Shown: positions 26,677 to 35,856, numbered from the stretch's first letter. The stretch: 64,000 bases of DNA from a virus (IMGVR_UViG_2974625098_000001:59622-123621), one strand, 5' to 3'. Numbers and translations are program-made. The notes: generated from the sequence alone by a model not told the origin.

Positions 26677-27240
26677 ATGTCTCTCGTTGGTACGCGAGTT
26701 CGCGTCAAGGATAACTACGCCGGTGGCCTGGATGGCGTTATCGGTAAGACCGCTAAGGTTGTCGCGTTCGACCCGAACCACGACCCGGCCACGGAGGGGC
26801 GGCTTTACGCTCTGGATATTCAGGGCAGCCGCACCAAGACCTACTACGACTCTTGGCGCAAGGAGGATGTCAGCTACACCTACGATTACACCGTACTCGT
26901 GACGGGCGAGGAAATCGAGCCGGTTGTCTTTGATGTCACGGACTCCAAGGGTCAGAAGATTGAGATTGGCGACACTGTTGCCTATGGCCCTCTCGGCGGT
27001 GGCGTCAACGTCGGCAAGGTGGTTGACCTCAAGGAGGCCAATGACCGCTATTACAAGGTCGCGGTAAAGGTTGAGCTGGACGAGACCACTTCGCACATTG
27101 ATGGTGGCGACAGGCGAATTGATGGCCTGCCTTCCAAGCGTTACCAGACCTACACCCACACTGACCGGATGCTGGTTATTCAGAAGGGCTCGTTTAACTA
27201 CGTGCAGCAGTTCGGCAAGATTACTCTTGGCTCGCTCTGA
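26677..27240 (+). CDS. hypothetical protein with two KOW/SH3-like repeats
   Basis: track ORF; repeated GxxVxVxxxxxGGxxGxxGKxxKVV segments. Confidence 0.55.
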   Translation: MSLVGTRVRVKDNYAGGLDGVIGKTAKVVAFDPNHDPATEGRLYALDIQGSRTKTYYDSWRKEDVSYTYDYTVLVTGEEIEPVVFDVTDSKGQKIEIGDTVAYGPLGGGVNVGKVVDLKEANDRYYKVAVKVELDETTSHIDGGDRRIDGLPSKRYQTYTHTDRMLVIQKGSFNYVQQFGKITLGSL

Positions 27241-27443
27241 TGGATTTCGTTGACTGCATCGGACGCCCGGTTGCCGTTGGTGACCGGGTTGGTGTAGCAT
27301 TCTCTTATTCCCGAGCTTCGGTCGGGTATATCAGAATCGGTCGCGTGAAGACTCTGGAGCCTGAGTTCCGGATGCGCTGGGAGGCTGACGACAAGGTCAG
27401 TCCTCCGATGGTCTACGACGCCAGGCGAATGGTCATACTCTAA
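27240..27443 (+). CDS. hypothetical protein
   Basis: track ORF; ATGA overlap. Confidence 0.5.
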   Translation: MDFVDCIGRPVAVGDRVGVAFSYSRASVGYIRIGRVKTLEPEFRMRWEADDKVSPPMVYDARRMVIL

Positions 27444-27529
27444 TGTGTTGCAACCGTCCTTGTATGGTTTCCACCTGGGAGAACGGCAAGTACGTTCTCA
27501 AATGCATTAACTGCAACAAGTGTAGTTGA
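27443..27529 (+). CDS. 28-aa Cys-rich peptide
   Basis: MCCNRPCMVSTWENGKYVLKCINCNKCS; TAATG overlap. Confidence 0.25.
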   Translation: MCCNRPCMVSTWENGKYVLKCINCNKCS

Positions 27530-27555
27530 CACGGCTGAATAATCCGTGCTACTAT
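27526..27555 (+). promoter_or_regulatory. promoter TTGACA-N18-TACTAT
   Basis: consensus -35; good -10; followed by 8-bp hairpin CATCAGGT-CAAC-ACCTGATG. Confidence 0.5.
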
Positions 27556-27585
27556 AGATACATCAGGTCAACACCTGATGCATCT

Positions 27586-27656
27586 GCGCTATTAGCTCAA
27601 CAGTAGAGCACTAGTCTTCCAAACTAGGGACGCCGGGGCGGCACCGGCATAGCGCT
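27586..27656 (+). tRNA. tRNA-Gly(TCC)-like with non-canonical T loop (possible pseudo-tRNA)
   Basis: perfect acceptor GCGCTAT/ATAGCGC; D arm GCTC-AACAGTA-GAGC; anticodon arm CTAGT-CTTCCAA-ACTAG; T arm GCCGG-GGCGGCA-CCGGC lacks the TTC motif. Confidence 0.35.
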
Positions 27657-27670
27657 CTCTAAACAAAACA

Positions 27671-27703
27671 CCCCGGAGGATTTTCCTCCGGGGTTTCTTA
27701 TTT
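27671..27703 (+). terminator. rho-independent terminator
   Basis: CCCCGGAGG-ATTTT-CCTCCGGGG then TTTCTTATTT. Confidence 0.65.
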
Positions 27704-27712
27704 AGGAGAGTA

Positions 27713-28084
27713 ATGAAGAGGGTATTCTTTCGGCTGGCGAACACTACCCACATGCTGGTCCTGACGATTATCGGTACAATCCTGGTTAGCTCGGTGGTGT
27801 TTTCGCTGACCGAGGGCGTTAGCCTCTTCGATGGTGTATACTGGTCTGTAGTGACCATGAGTACGACGGGTTATGGGGACCTGAGCCCAGAATCTATCGT
27901 CGGCAAGGCGTACACCATGCTTCTCATGCTCTGGTCCGTGTTCTTCCTGGTTCCCAGTGCGGTTGCTCAAATCATTATGAAGTTCATCCATAACCGAAAT
28001 GAGTTCACCCACGAGGAGCAGGAGAAGATTATGCAGCAGCAGAAGCGCATCATTGAGCTGCTAGAAGGAGGAAAGAGTGAATGA
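27713..28084 (+). CDS. minimal potassium channel (2TM plus pore; Kcv-like)
   Basis: K+ selectivity filter VVTMSTTGYGDLSP between two TM helices; 123 aa. Confidence 0.7.
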   Translation: MKRVFFRLANTTHMLVLTIIGTILVSSVVFSLTEGVSLFDGVYWSVVTMSTTGYGDLSPESIVGKAYTMLLMLWSVFFLVPSAVAQIIMKFIHNRNEFTHEEQEKIMQQQKRIIELLEGGKSE

Positions 28085-28274
28085 GATTGAGGCGTACTGC
28101 TTCGACGTTCAGATTTATGTGAACGAGTTCGGGAAGTACGAGTACGGCGTGTCTCAGGAATTTGAAATTGATGGTGAAGAACAGTGGGAGTTGCTTGAAT
28201 CTGGCTCGGCAGATACTTTGGCTGAGGCCGCGCAGATGGCTAGTAACAGCATTCGCACACTGTTCCCGGCGTAA
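28077..28274 (+). CDS. hypothetical acidic protein
   Basis: track ORF. Confidence 0.45.
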   Translation: MNEIEAYCFDVQIYVNEFGKYEYGVSQEFEIDGEEQWELLESGSADTLAEAAQMASNSIRTLFPA

Positions 28275-28310
28275 ATAATTCGTGAGATTTTAGAGCCCTT
28301 TCGTAAAGGG
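28272..28310 (+). promoter_or_regulatory. copy 1 of bipartite motif TTCGTGAGATTTT-N16-TTCGTAAAGGG, directly upstream of tRNA-Gln
   Basis: see finding on the CGTGAGA/CGTAAAGG motif family. Confidence 0.45.
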
Positions 28311-28313
28311 CGG

Positions 28314-28386
28314 TCCCCTGTGCTCTGTCGGTTGGGCAACCGGACTTTGAATCCGGCCTACGCAGGTTCGAGCCCTGCCAGGGGAG
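28314..28386 (+). tRNA. tRNA-Gln(TTG)
   Basis: acceptor TCCCCTG/CAGGGGA (U1:A72 as in bacterial tRNA-Gln); anticodon arm CCGGA-CTTTGAA-TCCGG; T arm GCAGG-TTCGAGC-CCTGC. Confidence 0.55.
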
Positions 28387-28387
28387 C

Positions 28388-28750
28388 GTGCTAACTGATA
28401 ATCTATACTGGTACCGAATCAAGGAGTTCCTTTACAACCACGATGGTGATACACTCAAGGTGGTTGTGGACATGGGTATGCGTGTCTGTCGTGAGGTGAC
28501 GTTGCGAGCCGAGGGAATTAACTCCCCCGAGCTTCGTGGCGACACGCTCGAAAAGGCGCGGGTTTCCCGTGATGCCGCTAAGGAATGGTTCACTAAGCCT
28601 GGCAGAAAGCTGGTCGTCAAGACATACCTTGACCCCGGCAGCTATGACAGGTACACGGCCGAAATCTTTGACGCCGAAACCGAAGAGTGCTTTAATAAGT
28701 TCATGGTGGATAGCGGTTTCGCTGACACCTACGTCTATAAGTGGGGCTAA
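28388..28750 (+). CDS. thermonuclease (SNase-like)
   Basis: NHDGDTL ... RAEGINSPELRGDT ... SNase-like calcium-site and catalytic motifs; GTG start abuts tRNA-Gln. Confidence 0.55.
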   Translation: MLTDNLYWYRIKEFLYNHDGDTLKVVVDMGMRVCREVTLRAEGINSPELRGDTLEKARVSRDAAKEWFTKPGRKLVVKTYLDPGSYDRYTAEIFDAETEECFNKFMVDSGFADTYVYKWG

Positions 28751-28987
28751 ATGCTGTTCTGGATTTGGATTATTCCGGCCGGAATCGTGTTCTGTCTGCT
28801 GGGCCTGATGGTTCTGTGGGCAGCTCTGGCTAACGCACAGAGTGGTGAGCCTTTCTATGGCTTCCTGACTTTTGTTCTTGGAATTCCCACGGTTGCAGTG
28901 CTAGCTGCGGTCTGGCCGATTTGGTTCCCGTTCACGTTTACGTCTGACATCAAGAAGGACCTTCGAAAGAAGGCTGGCAAGGCTTAG
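28751..28987 (+). CDS. membrane protein
   Basis: track ORF; 2-3 TM. Confidence 0.5.
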   Translation: MLFWIWIIPAGIVFCLLGLMVLWAALANAQSGEPFYGFLTFVLGIPTVAVLAAVWPIWFPFTFTSDIKKDLRKKAGKA

Positions 28988-29031
28988 CCTTGTGGGGCGC
29001 AAGCCCCAAGCTTCCTACTATGGAGAACAAA

Positions 29032-29328
29032 ATGTTCTGGCTATCCCTCGCAGGACTGGCTCTAATTATTCTTCTTCTCGGATATTTCGGTCGCAAGTCC
29101 TCAGAGAAGCAGGAGCAAGAGCTAGCACGGCTCAGGTCACTTCCCAACTTCAACCGCTTCTGTGTGGTTGTGGACAAGCGGGGGCGTGAGCTAAGATGTC
29201 GGGTACGGGAATGGAACATCGAGCCGGGTTATTCTCGGCTGTGGTGCATCGACCCGATTCAACACCCGAACGGCTGGACGCAGAGCTTTGTCTGGCCGAA
29301 TGAAGATATCGAGTTCCTGGAGAATTAA
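29032..29328 (+). CDS. membrane-anchored hypothetical protein
   Basis: GGAG then ATG 29032 in frame of track ORF 28990; N-terminal TM. Confidence 0.5.
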   Translation: MFWLSLAGLALIILLLGYFGRKSSEKQEQELARLRSLPNFNRFCVVVDKRGRELRCRVREWNIEPGYSRLWCIDPIQHPNGWTQSFVWPNEDIEFLEN

Positions 29329-29525
29329 TGAGCATCTTGCTCGCTATTTATCTCATTGGCATCGGTGCATTCCTTGGCATTGGAGTGTTCCTGGTGCTCC
29401 TTGGTGGCCTTATTGGCATCGAGCCGAAGGACAGCATCGTTCTTAAGTATCTCGCGTTTACTGCGGGATGGCCGATTACTTATCCTGCCTGGGCTCTCTG
29501 GGTTACATACCAGGATAACAAGTAA
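29328..29525 (+). CDS. small 2-TM membrane protein
   Basis: track ORF; ATGA overlap. Confidence 0.5.
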   Translation: MSILLAIYLIGIGAFLGIGVFLVLLGGLIGIEPKDSIVLKYLAFTAGWPITYPAWALWVTYQDNK

Positions 29526-29555
29526 CACCTCGCCCCTTCGGGGGCAAGCTTAAGT

Positions 29556-29578
29556 CCCGGTCCGCCGGGGCTTTTTTA
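29556..29578 (+). terminator. terminator
   Basis: CCCGG-TCCG-CCGGG then GCTTTTTTATT. Confidence 0.6.
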
Positions 29579-29599
29579 TTGCCCGAACGAGAGAATAAT

Positions 29600-30196
29600 A
29601 TGAAATTCGAGAAACTACACGACCTAATTCCGTATGCGACAGGCGGAAAGAATCACGCTGTCACGATGACTCCCTACAATGCGATTACCCTCGCCATGCC
29701 GGGAAGACACCAGCACGATACGGTTCCGGCCGGTGGAGATTTCGTCGTTATGGTTTCCGACGATAATCTCGGATGGGTTAATCACCAGTTCACGCATGAC
29801 GATATCTTCCTGGACATGGAGCGCAAGATGGCCCTTGACTCCAAGTCTGCGGAGGAGCTGATGGCGGATTACGCAGAGGTTGTAATTAATGGCTCCGACC
29901 CGGAAAAATATGACTGGGAGCGTGGAGACTGGGAAGATACTCTGCACCCTCAGACGTTTCTGTATGCCGTTCAGTGCCTAGCTGTGGCTGAGCACAGGCG
30001 GTATCATCAGTTCGAGAAGCGAGGTGGGGGCAGGTACTTGCCTCTGCGCTTTACTTTCGGTATCGTTAGTGAGGCGTGGACGGCAGCCGACTGCAAGAAT
30101 TTTCAGCGGCGTGGTCGTCCTGGCCTGGAACACCTTGAGAAGGAGAAGGAGTTTAAGACGACTCTGACCGCTATCAAGGATTTTATGGCTGCATAA
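29600..30196 (+). CDS. hypothetical protein
   Basis: RBS GAGAGAATAAT then ATG 29600; in frame of track ORF 29579. Confidence 0.55.
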   Translation: MKFEKLHDLIPYATGGKNHAVTMTPYNAITLAMPGRHQHDTVPAGGDFVVMVSDDNLGWVNHQFTHDDIFLDMERKMALDSKSAEELMADYAEVVINGSDPEKYDWERGDWEDTLHPQTFLYAVQCLAVAEHRRYHQFEKRGGGRYLPLRFTFGIVSEAWTAADCKNFQRRGRPGLEHLEKEKEFKTTLTAIKDFMAA

Positions 30197-30248
30197 TTTC
30201 GCCGGGGTTGAGATACCCCGGCAAGCTGGTATACTAAGGAGGTAGAAA

Positions 30249-30467
30249 ATGGCTAAGGACTTCGAGGCCAAGAATTCCAAGGCGACGAGCAAGACTGTCG
30301 TGTTGACTCTCAAGGTTGACGCTGATAACATGGCAGAGCTATACGCACGGGTCGCGAATATTGTCGCGGCTGTCGAGAATAGTGCAGACGTGGAGAGCGT
30401 TGATGTTCGAGACAAGAAGGCCACTGCCAACTTCGGCGGACACGGATACAACACCCGCGCGCTCTGA
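30249..30467 (+). CDS. hypothetical protein
   Basis: RBS CTAAGGAGGTAG. Confidence 0.55.
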   Translation: MAKDFEAKNSKATSKTVVLTLKVDADNMAELYARVANIVAAVENSADVESVDVRDKKATANFGGHGYNTRAL

Positions 30468-30502
30468 ACCCTTGACGTGGGAAGAAATGGAGATGAGAAT
30501 AA

Positions 30503-30742
30503 TTGAAGGAGCTAGTAGAAAATCTAGCGACGACCTTCCTAATCAACGGGTGGGAGTGGAAGTTCGACTACGGCATGGCCGTTCCGAACGAGGATGACCT
30601 AGAGCGGGCTATTAATTATGCCAAGCAGGTGCTAGACTCTGAGGAAGCAACAAACGCCCAGCTAGAACTCGGGCGGCTCGTCTTCAAGAAGCGCGAAGGC
30701 GTCATCGACATCTTCGTTTATTCCGGAACCCTGGAGGATTAA
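30503..30742 (+). CDS. hypothetical protein (TTG start)
   Basis: track ORF; GGAG 12 nt upstream. Confidence 0.45.
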   Translation: MKELVENLATTFLINGWEWKFDYGMAVPNEDDLERAINYAKQVLDSEEATNAQLELGRLVFKKREGVIDIFVYSGTLED

Positions 30743-31177
30743 ATGCTGTTCGAGTACACTGATTTCAGTGAGGTTGCTAGCTCGCTGGTGAAGCGGGCCT
30801 ACTTCAACGCGAAGAACGGCGAGATGGCGGTCGTCCTGGCTGGTGGGACTTATGTCTACCAGGACGTTTCGTACCGCACCTTCTCTGACCTGATTGAGGA
30901 TATCTCTCCGGGCAGTTATTACAACCGAAACGTCAAGGGTGCGTACAAGAATAAGTACAACGGCGGGCTTTACGCTGTTGACTTCCAGCCCCTTGAGGAG
31001 GATGATGAGCCTGTGACGGCAAGCAATACGAAGGTTTATACGGTGCGAGCTTTCGTGCCGTTCGAAGCCCAGGTTGAGGCTTCTAGCCTGGACGAGGCTG
31101 TGCGACTCTTTGCCGAGTCCCACAACGACGTGCCGGGTGTTACTATCAAGGAGGTTGTGGTACCCTTTGGCGAGTGA
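30743..31177 (+). CDS. hypothetical protein
   Basis: track ORF; TAAATG overlap. Confidence 0.5.
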   Translation: MLFEYTDFSEVASSLVKRAYFNAKNGEMAVVLAGGTYVYQDVSYRTFSDLIEDISPGSYYNRNVKGAYKNKYNGGLYAVDFQPLEEDDEPVTASNTKVYTVRAFVPFEAQVEASSLDEAVRLFAESHNDVPGVTIKEVVVPFGE

Positions 31178-31490
31178 TAAGGTCGTAGAAGCAACCACGC
31201 TTGACCAGTTGCATGAGATTTTCAACAACCACGAGAAGGTCGTTGTTGATTTTCACGCCCCTAGTTGGTGTATCCCATGCCGTAGACTGGCTCCGCACAT
31301 TGACCTTGCGGCAAACAAGCGTGAGGATGTACGATTCGTGAAGGTCGATATTGACCGAGCGGACGAGGGCATCCGAAACACGTTCGAGATTATGTCGGTT
31401 CCGACCGTGCTATACTTCGAGAACGGTGAGCAGACGCGAGAGATTAAGGGTCGTACCGGCCCGGTTATCCTCCAGGAGCTTGACTCCTGA
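31167..31490 (+). CDS. thioredoxin
   Basis: WCIPC active site (FHAPSWCIPCRRLAP); N-terminus ASDKVVEATT resembles Trx; TTG start 12 nt after AAGGAGG. Confidence 0.65.
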   Translation: MASDKVVEATTLDQLHEIFNNHEKVVVDFHAPSWCIPCRRLAPHIDLAANKREDVRFVKVDIDRADEGIRNTFEIMSVPTVLYFENGEQTREIKGRTGPVILQELDS

Positions 31491-31567
31491 GTCTGCGGGT
31501 GGTTCAATTAGAACCACCCAAGCTTCCGGGAAACGCCCGGTTAATTGAATAACCAACAAGGAAAACT

Positions 31568-32452
31568 ATGCTGTTCATTGTTCTCGCAATTGTGTTCCTC
31601 CTGATTATTCTCGGTGGTGTGGGATTCTCCCTCGCTACTAAGGATAAGTTGGGATTCGGAGTGGCGGGAGGTGCGCTGGTTATCTTCCTGATAATCACTG
31701 GCTTCATGTCGTTCACGAAGGTCGATGCCCGAGCGGTCGGTATTCAGACTGGCTTCGGCAAGTACCAGGACACTTTGGGTAACGGTCCGCATTTCCTGGC
31801 CCCGTGGTCGGAGACGGAGCAGTTTTCCACGCAGGTTCAGTACCTTGACCTTGACGACACCGATGGTGACGGCAATGACTCGGTAAGCGTTACCTTTAAG
31901 GGTGGCGGCGGTGGCCAGGTTTCTCTCACTCCTCGCTGGAGGATTGACGAGAACAAGGCTGAGAACCTGTGGAAGAAGTACCGCACCTTCGACAAGGTTC
32001 GGGACCAGTTGGTGAACTCGTCTTCTAAGGATTCGGTCCGCGTGGTTGTTTCCAAGTACACGCCTAACGAGGCGCGTGATGGTGAGAACCTGCGTCCGAT
32101 TGCTGAGCAGATTCAGGCTGACCTTGCTAACTCGCTTAAGGATGACGGTGTTATCATCGACTCCGTAAGCATTAAGAAGATTCAGCTTGACGCTCGTAGT
32201 CAGAACTCGCTCGACAAGATTGTTGAGGCTAACAACAACATCGAGCGTGCCAAGGCCGAGCGTGAGCGTGCAAAGATTGACGCTGAGACTGCCAAGATTC
32301 GTGAGCAGTCTGGTCAGCTCTCTGAGAAGGCCAACCAGCGTTACTGCCTTGAGATGATGAACAACTGGGACGTGAAGAAGAACGGTCCTCTCCAGGACGG
32401 CTTCGTCTGCCCCGGTACCACTTCTCAGGGTTACACGACCACCAACAAGTAA
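31568..32452 (+). CDS. SPFH/band-7 (stomatin-prohibitin-like) membrane protein
   Basis: N-terminal TM pair then GIQTGFGKY and a coiled-coil, typical of SPFH domain proteins. Confidence 0.6.
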   Translation: MLFIVLAIVFLLIILGGVGFSLATKDKLGFGVAGGALVIFLIITGFMSFTKVDARAVGIQTGFGKYQDTLGNGPHFLAPWSETEQFSTQVQYLDLDDTDGDGNDSVSVTFKGGGGGQVSLTPRWRIDENKAENLWKKYRTFDKVRDQLVNSSSKDSVRVVVSKYTPNEARDGENLRPIAEQIQADLANSLKDDGVIIDSVSIKKIQLDARSQNSLDKIVEANNNIERAKAERERAKIDAETAKIREQSGQLSEKANQRYCLEMMNNWDVKKNGPLQDGFVCPGTTSQGYTTTNK

Positions 32453-32492
32453 TACTTCGCGGGGCTCTTTGTTAAGAGCCCCGCAAGCTTTT

Positions 32493-32530
32493 AAAAATCC
32501 GTGAGATTTTCACGTACGTTCGTAAAGGGG
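32493..32530 (+). promoter_or_regulatory. copy 2 of bipartite motif AAAAATCCGTGAGATTTT-N16-CGTAAAGGGG
   Basis: ends 4 nt before ATG 32535. Confidence 0.45.
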
Positions 32531-32534
32531 CATC

Positions 32535-32783
32535 ATGACTTCACGGCGTAAGTTCCTCTGCCTGGACTGCCGAGTGGACACCGGGAAAATCGGTGAGCAC
32601 TACATGCTTATTGATGAGACCTGGCACTTGACCGGGCTCCAGAAAATCGGTATGCTCTGTATCGAAGACGTTGAGCGCCGGATTGGTCGTAAGCTTGTTC
32701 CGTCCGACTTCAACAACAGCTACCTAAACCAGCCGAGGACTGGTATTATTAGTCAGCGACTCCAGGACAGGATGGGAATATGA
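32535..32783 (+). CDS. hypothetical protein (CxxC)
   Basis: track ORF. Confidence 0.5.
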   Translation: MTSRRKFLCLDCRVDTGKIGEHYMLIDETWHLTGLQKIGMLCIEDVERRIGRKLVPSDFNNSYLNQPRTGIISQRLQDRMGI

Positions 32784-32983
32784 GTCTCTTCCGAATGGCT
32801 GAGGGTAACGGCCTTATTTACATTGTTCCGATGGACGTGTATGATTTCGTCACCAAGATGCATCCCGACTGCTTTAAGAACGGTGAGATGCGGGCGATGG
32901 CGAATGCGTACCTTGTAATTGACAAGAAGTCCGCGAAGGTAATTAAGGCAAGGAGTTTCAACCCTAATGGAAATGACCACTAA
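32780..32983 (+). CDS. hypothetical protein
   Basis: track ORF; ATGA overlap. Confidence 0.5.
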   Translation: MSLFRMAEGNGLIYIVPMDVYDFVTKMHPDCFKNGEMRAMANAYLVIDKKSAKVIKARSFNPNGNDH

Positions 32984-33335
32984 CGAGCTGGTTAACGAAT
33001 TTCTCTTCGAGAAGTTCAAGGAGCAGGCGCGAGAGCAGTACCGCGTTTGGAATTTTGACAAGGACGATATTCTTCCAGGCTACGAGAAGCACAAGCATCT
33101 GGTAGACTGTGAGACCACGGCCATCAAGAATGCCGAATGTGACCTGGAGTGCGGCTGCTACTCGTGCTACACTCGTGATGACTCGTTCGCAATGACAGCT
33201 CACATCGGCTGTGACTGCGGAGTAGAGCTTCGCTTTGTGTACGGCTACATGTGGAATCTCCCGGATTTCATTACGGAGCTGGACGAGTACAAGGAAGCGA
33301 TGGCTAAGTGCTATCATGATGGAGACTGCTGTTGA
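32967..33335 (+). CDS. hypothetical Cys-rich protein
   Basis: track ORF. Confidence 0.5.
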   Translation: MEMTTNELVNEFLFEKFKEQAREQYRVWNFDKDDILPGYEKHKHLVDCETTAIKNAECDLECGCYSCYTRDDSFAMTAHIGCDCGVELRFVYGYMWNLPDFITELDEYKEAMAKCYHDGDCC

Positions 33336-33568
33336 GTTTCATTCCGCACAGAGACGTATTCGACCTACCTCAAGATGTACTAGACCAGCTCGACCGGTTG
33401 TACGATGAGATGGAAGCGGAGTTTACAAAGGATTATGTCAAAGACGAATTTCGGCCGGATGCCACGGTGGAAGACTGGATTGAGCACTACGGTTCTCACC
33501 CTTGTCCTTCTATGGGGGCCTGGTCGCTCCTCGTCTACCTCTACGGCCAAGGCAAGTTGAAGATGTAG
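33332..33568 (+). CDS. hypothetical protein
   Basis: track ORF. Confidence 0.5.
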   Translation: MSFIPHRDVFDLPQDVLDQLDRLYDEMEAEFTKDYVKDEFRPDATVEDWIEHYGSHPCPSMGAWSLLVYLYGQGKLKM

Positions 33569-33612
33569 ATTGACAGCCCTTCTCCCAGGCTGTAAAATAA
33601 TGGGAGAAGCTT

Positions 33613-33697
33613 GGAGATATGTCCGAGAGGCCGAAGGGACTCGACTGCTAATCGAGTAAGTGTAAAAGCTTCGTGGGTTCGAATCCCACTATCTCCG
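33613..33697 (+). tRNA. tRNA-Ser(GCT), class II
   Basis: acceptor GGAGATA/TATCTCC; anticodon arm CTCGA-CTGCTAA-TCGAG; long variable arm; T arm GTGGG-TTCGAAT-CCCAC. Confidence 0.7.
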
Positions 33698-33700
33698 CTT

Positions 33701-33736
33701 AAGCCCGTGGCAATAAGGTCACGGGCTTATTTTTAT
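33701..33736 (+). terminator. rho-independent terminator
   Basis: AAGCCCGTG-loop-CACGGGCTT then ATTTTTAT. Confidence 0.65.
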
Positions 33737-33756
33737 GGATTTAAGGAGTGAGTCTA

Positions 33757-34812
33757 ATGGTTCACGTTTCTGAAATCTTCTCGACGGACGAGCTTGAGAA
33801 GGCAATTGAGAACGGCTATGTCCGAGTGAACCCGCACCCGGACGCACCGCTGGTAATCCTCGGGTACACGGAAAAGGCTCAGTTTGACCGGATGTGGAAC
33901 GACGTTACGCTGAACTGCCGTGGTCTGATTATCGACTACGACGGTTTTGTTGTAGCTCGGCCGTGGAAGAAGTTCTTCAATTTCGGAGAGCGCCCGCTTC
34001 TTTTCGACACCGACGCTCCGGTTGAGGTGACTGACAAGAAGGATGGTTCGCTGGGTATTCTTTATCGGCACCCGGTGACTGGCGACTGGGCGATTTCCAC
34101 TCGTGGCTCTTTCACCTCGGACCAGGCGATTCACGCGACGAAGTTGTTCAACGACAAGTACAGTCACATCGTGAAGCCGCTCAAGGACACCACGTTCCTC
34201 TTTGAGATTGTTTATCCGAAGAACCGAATCGTTCTGAACTACGGTGACATGGACGACCTGATTCTTCTGGGTGCTGTCGATAACGAGCGGGGTTACTACT
34301 GGGGTCCGACTCAGGCTGCGGGTATTCTCAACTGGCCTGGCCCGGTGACGGAGGTATTCAAGTACCGCACCCTGAACGACTGCTTCTCGGTCCACAGGGA
34401 AAATGCTGAGGGCCTGGTAATTCGTTCGGGTAGCAACATGGTCAAGTTGAAGCAGGTCGATTATGTCGAGCTGCACCGCATCGTGACCAACCTGAACGAG
34501 CGCTCTGTCTGGTCTCAGCTCAAGGAGGGTAAGTCTGCGCGGGATATTTGCGAGATGATTCCCGACGAGTGGCACGACTGGGTTGTGGATGTGGCCGAGG
34601 TGCTGTACTCTAAGTACCACGAGCTGGAGAACGAGGTCACCGGCGCTTATGCAGACGTGATTCACTCTCTGCCGGGCGGATTTTCTCGTAAGGACTTTGC
34701 CCTTGAGGCGAAGAAGACTCCTTACATGTCTTACCTGTTTGCTCTGCTTGACTGCAAGTCCATCAGTGATATGCTGTGGGACGCGGTAAAGCCTGCGGTT
34801 AACAACAAGTAA
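33757..34812 (+). CDS. ATP-dependent RNA ligase (T4 Rnl-like nucleotidyltransferase)
   Basis: motif I TDKKDGSLG (KxDG), motif IV AEGLVIR, motif V NMVKLK; 352 aa; AAGGAG 8 nt before ATG 33757. Confidence 0.65.
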   Translation: MVHVSEIFSTDELEKAIENGYVRVNPHPDAPLVILGYTEKAQFDRMWNDVTLNCRGLIIDYDGFVVARPWKKFFNFGERPLLFDTDAPVEVTDKKDGSLGILYRHPVTGDWAISTRGSFTSDQAIHATKLFNDKYSHIVKPLKDTTFLFEIVYPKNRIVLNYGDMDDLILLGAVDNERGYYWGPTQAAGILNWPGPVTEVFKYRTLNDCFSVHRENAEGLVIRSGSNMVKLKQVDYVELHRIVTNLNERSVWSQLKEGKSARDICEMIPDEWHDWVVDVAEVLYSKYHELENEVTGAYADVIHSLPGGFSRKDFALEAKKTPYMSYLFALLDCKSISDMLWDAVKPAVNNK

Positions 34813-34860
34813 GACGGCGGGGCTTCGGCCCCGCAAGCTTCCTCTGACTTAGGAGATATT

Positions 34861-35046
34861 ATGGTGCCCGAGGGCAACTGGCTGACTGTTGGTAAGCTCA
34901 AGGAGCTGCTGAACGGCGTGCCAGATGATATGCTGGTGGTCGGTTGGTCGGACTACTACCCTGGCCTGGCAGACAGTGCAGGCGTCGAAGATTGGGGCGA
35001 CAACGGCAAGTTCTTCGTGGTTAACGGAAACGGCGGGGAGTTTTAA
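34861..35046 (+). CDS. hypothetical protein
   Basis: track ORF; RBS TTAGGAGATATT. Confidence 0.5.
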   Translation: MVPEGNWLTVGKLKELLNGVPDDMLVVGWSDYYPGLADSAGVEDWGDNGKFFVVNGNGGEF

Positions 35047-35291
35047 TGGACCTAGAACAGATAATCGACTGGTATAATGACCTCCGAGAGAAGTGCTTGG
35101 AGGTCGCTAAGAAGAAGCCCGAGCTTTTTGGTGACTCTGTCTGGCTCCAGTACGCTATACAAGAGTCCGACATCACGCTATACTTCATCGCAGGGGTTGG
35201 CGTTGAATGTTCGGGCATGGCATACACAAGCCAGACCATGGACAATGAGCCGTTCGACTTCATCATTCCGTTCTCTGAGCTGGAGGATTAA
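35046..35291 (+). CDS. hypothetical protein
   Basis: track ORF. Confidence 0.5.
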   Translation: MDLEQIIDWYNDLREKCLEVAKKKPELFGDSVWLQYAIQESDITLYFIAGVGVECSGMAYTSQTMDNEPFDFIIPFSELED

Positions 35292-35543
35292 ATGGACTTC
35301 GATGGTTACGTCATCAAGGTCAAGTTGGTTCCGGGATATGCACACTTTCCACAGGAGCTTTACGAGGCTTACGTCGATAAGCCTGATGGCACTCCACTGA
35401 TGGGCAAGGGAATGTTCCCCTCACCCAAGCGATTCACCACCTTTGGTTGGTCGGTGGACCAGGCGAAGCGCAAGTTCCGCCGAGAGATTCGCCATTATCT
35501 CGAAACAGTGGACAGGGACCCGGTTCGCTACTTCTCGCTCTAG
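35292..35543 (+). CDS. hypothetical protein
   Basis: track ORF. Confidence 0.5.
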   Translation: MDFDGYVIKVKLVPGYAHFPQELYEAYVDKPDGTPLMGKGMFPSPKRFTTFGWSVDQAKRKFRREIRHYLETVDRDPVRYFSL

Positions 35544-35598
35544 ACAAGCACAACGGCCAGTGATAAACTGGCCAAGCTTCCCTACTAAGGAGAATAAA

Positions 35599-35856
35599 AT
35601 GGCAAAGGCCATGAGCAAGGGCGAGCGCGCTGTTTCCGGTCTCGTTGTCGGAGTTATCGGGTTCTTCCTTGAGGGCTGGATGCTCATGCTGTTCCTCGGC
35701 GGGGTTCATCACGAAGTTCTCGGGTCGGTTCGTCCCATCGGTTACTGGACTGCTTGTATGCTGTCGGTTCCGCTGGACATTCTCTTCATGTCGTACTTCG
35801 CGATGACTGCCAACAAGGTGGATGAGCTGCACCAGCGCGTTATTGACGGTCGCTGA
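35599..35856 (+). CDS. small membrane protein
   Basis: RBS CTAAGGAGAATAAA then ATG 35599; in frame of track ORF 35443. Confidence 0.5.
   Translation: MAKAMSKGERAVSGLVVGVIGFFLEGWMLMLFLGGVHHEVLGSVRPIGYWTACMLSVPLDILFMSYFAMTANKVDELHQRVIDGR

Noticed and set aside
33754-34836. 360-aa minus-strand ORF
   Set aside because: It is exactly antisense to the RNA ligase gene, which has clear KxDG, EGLV and LVKLK motifs.
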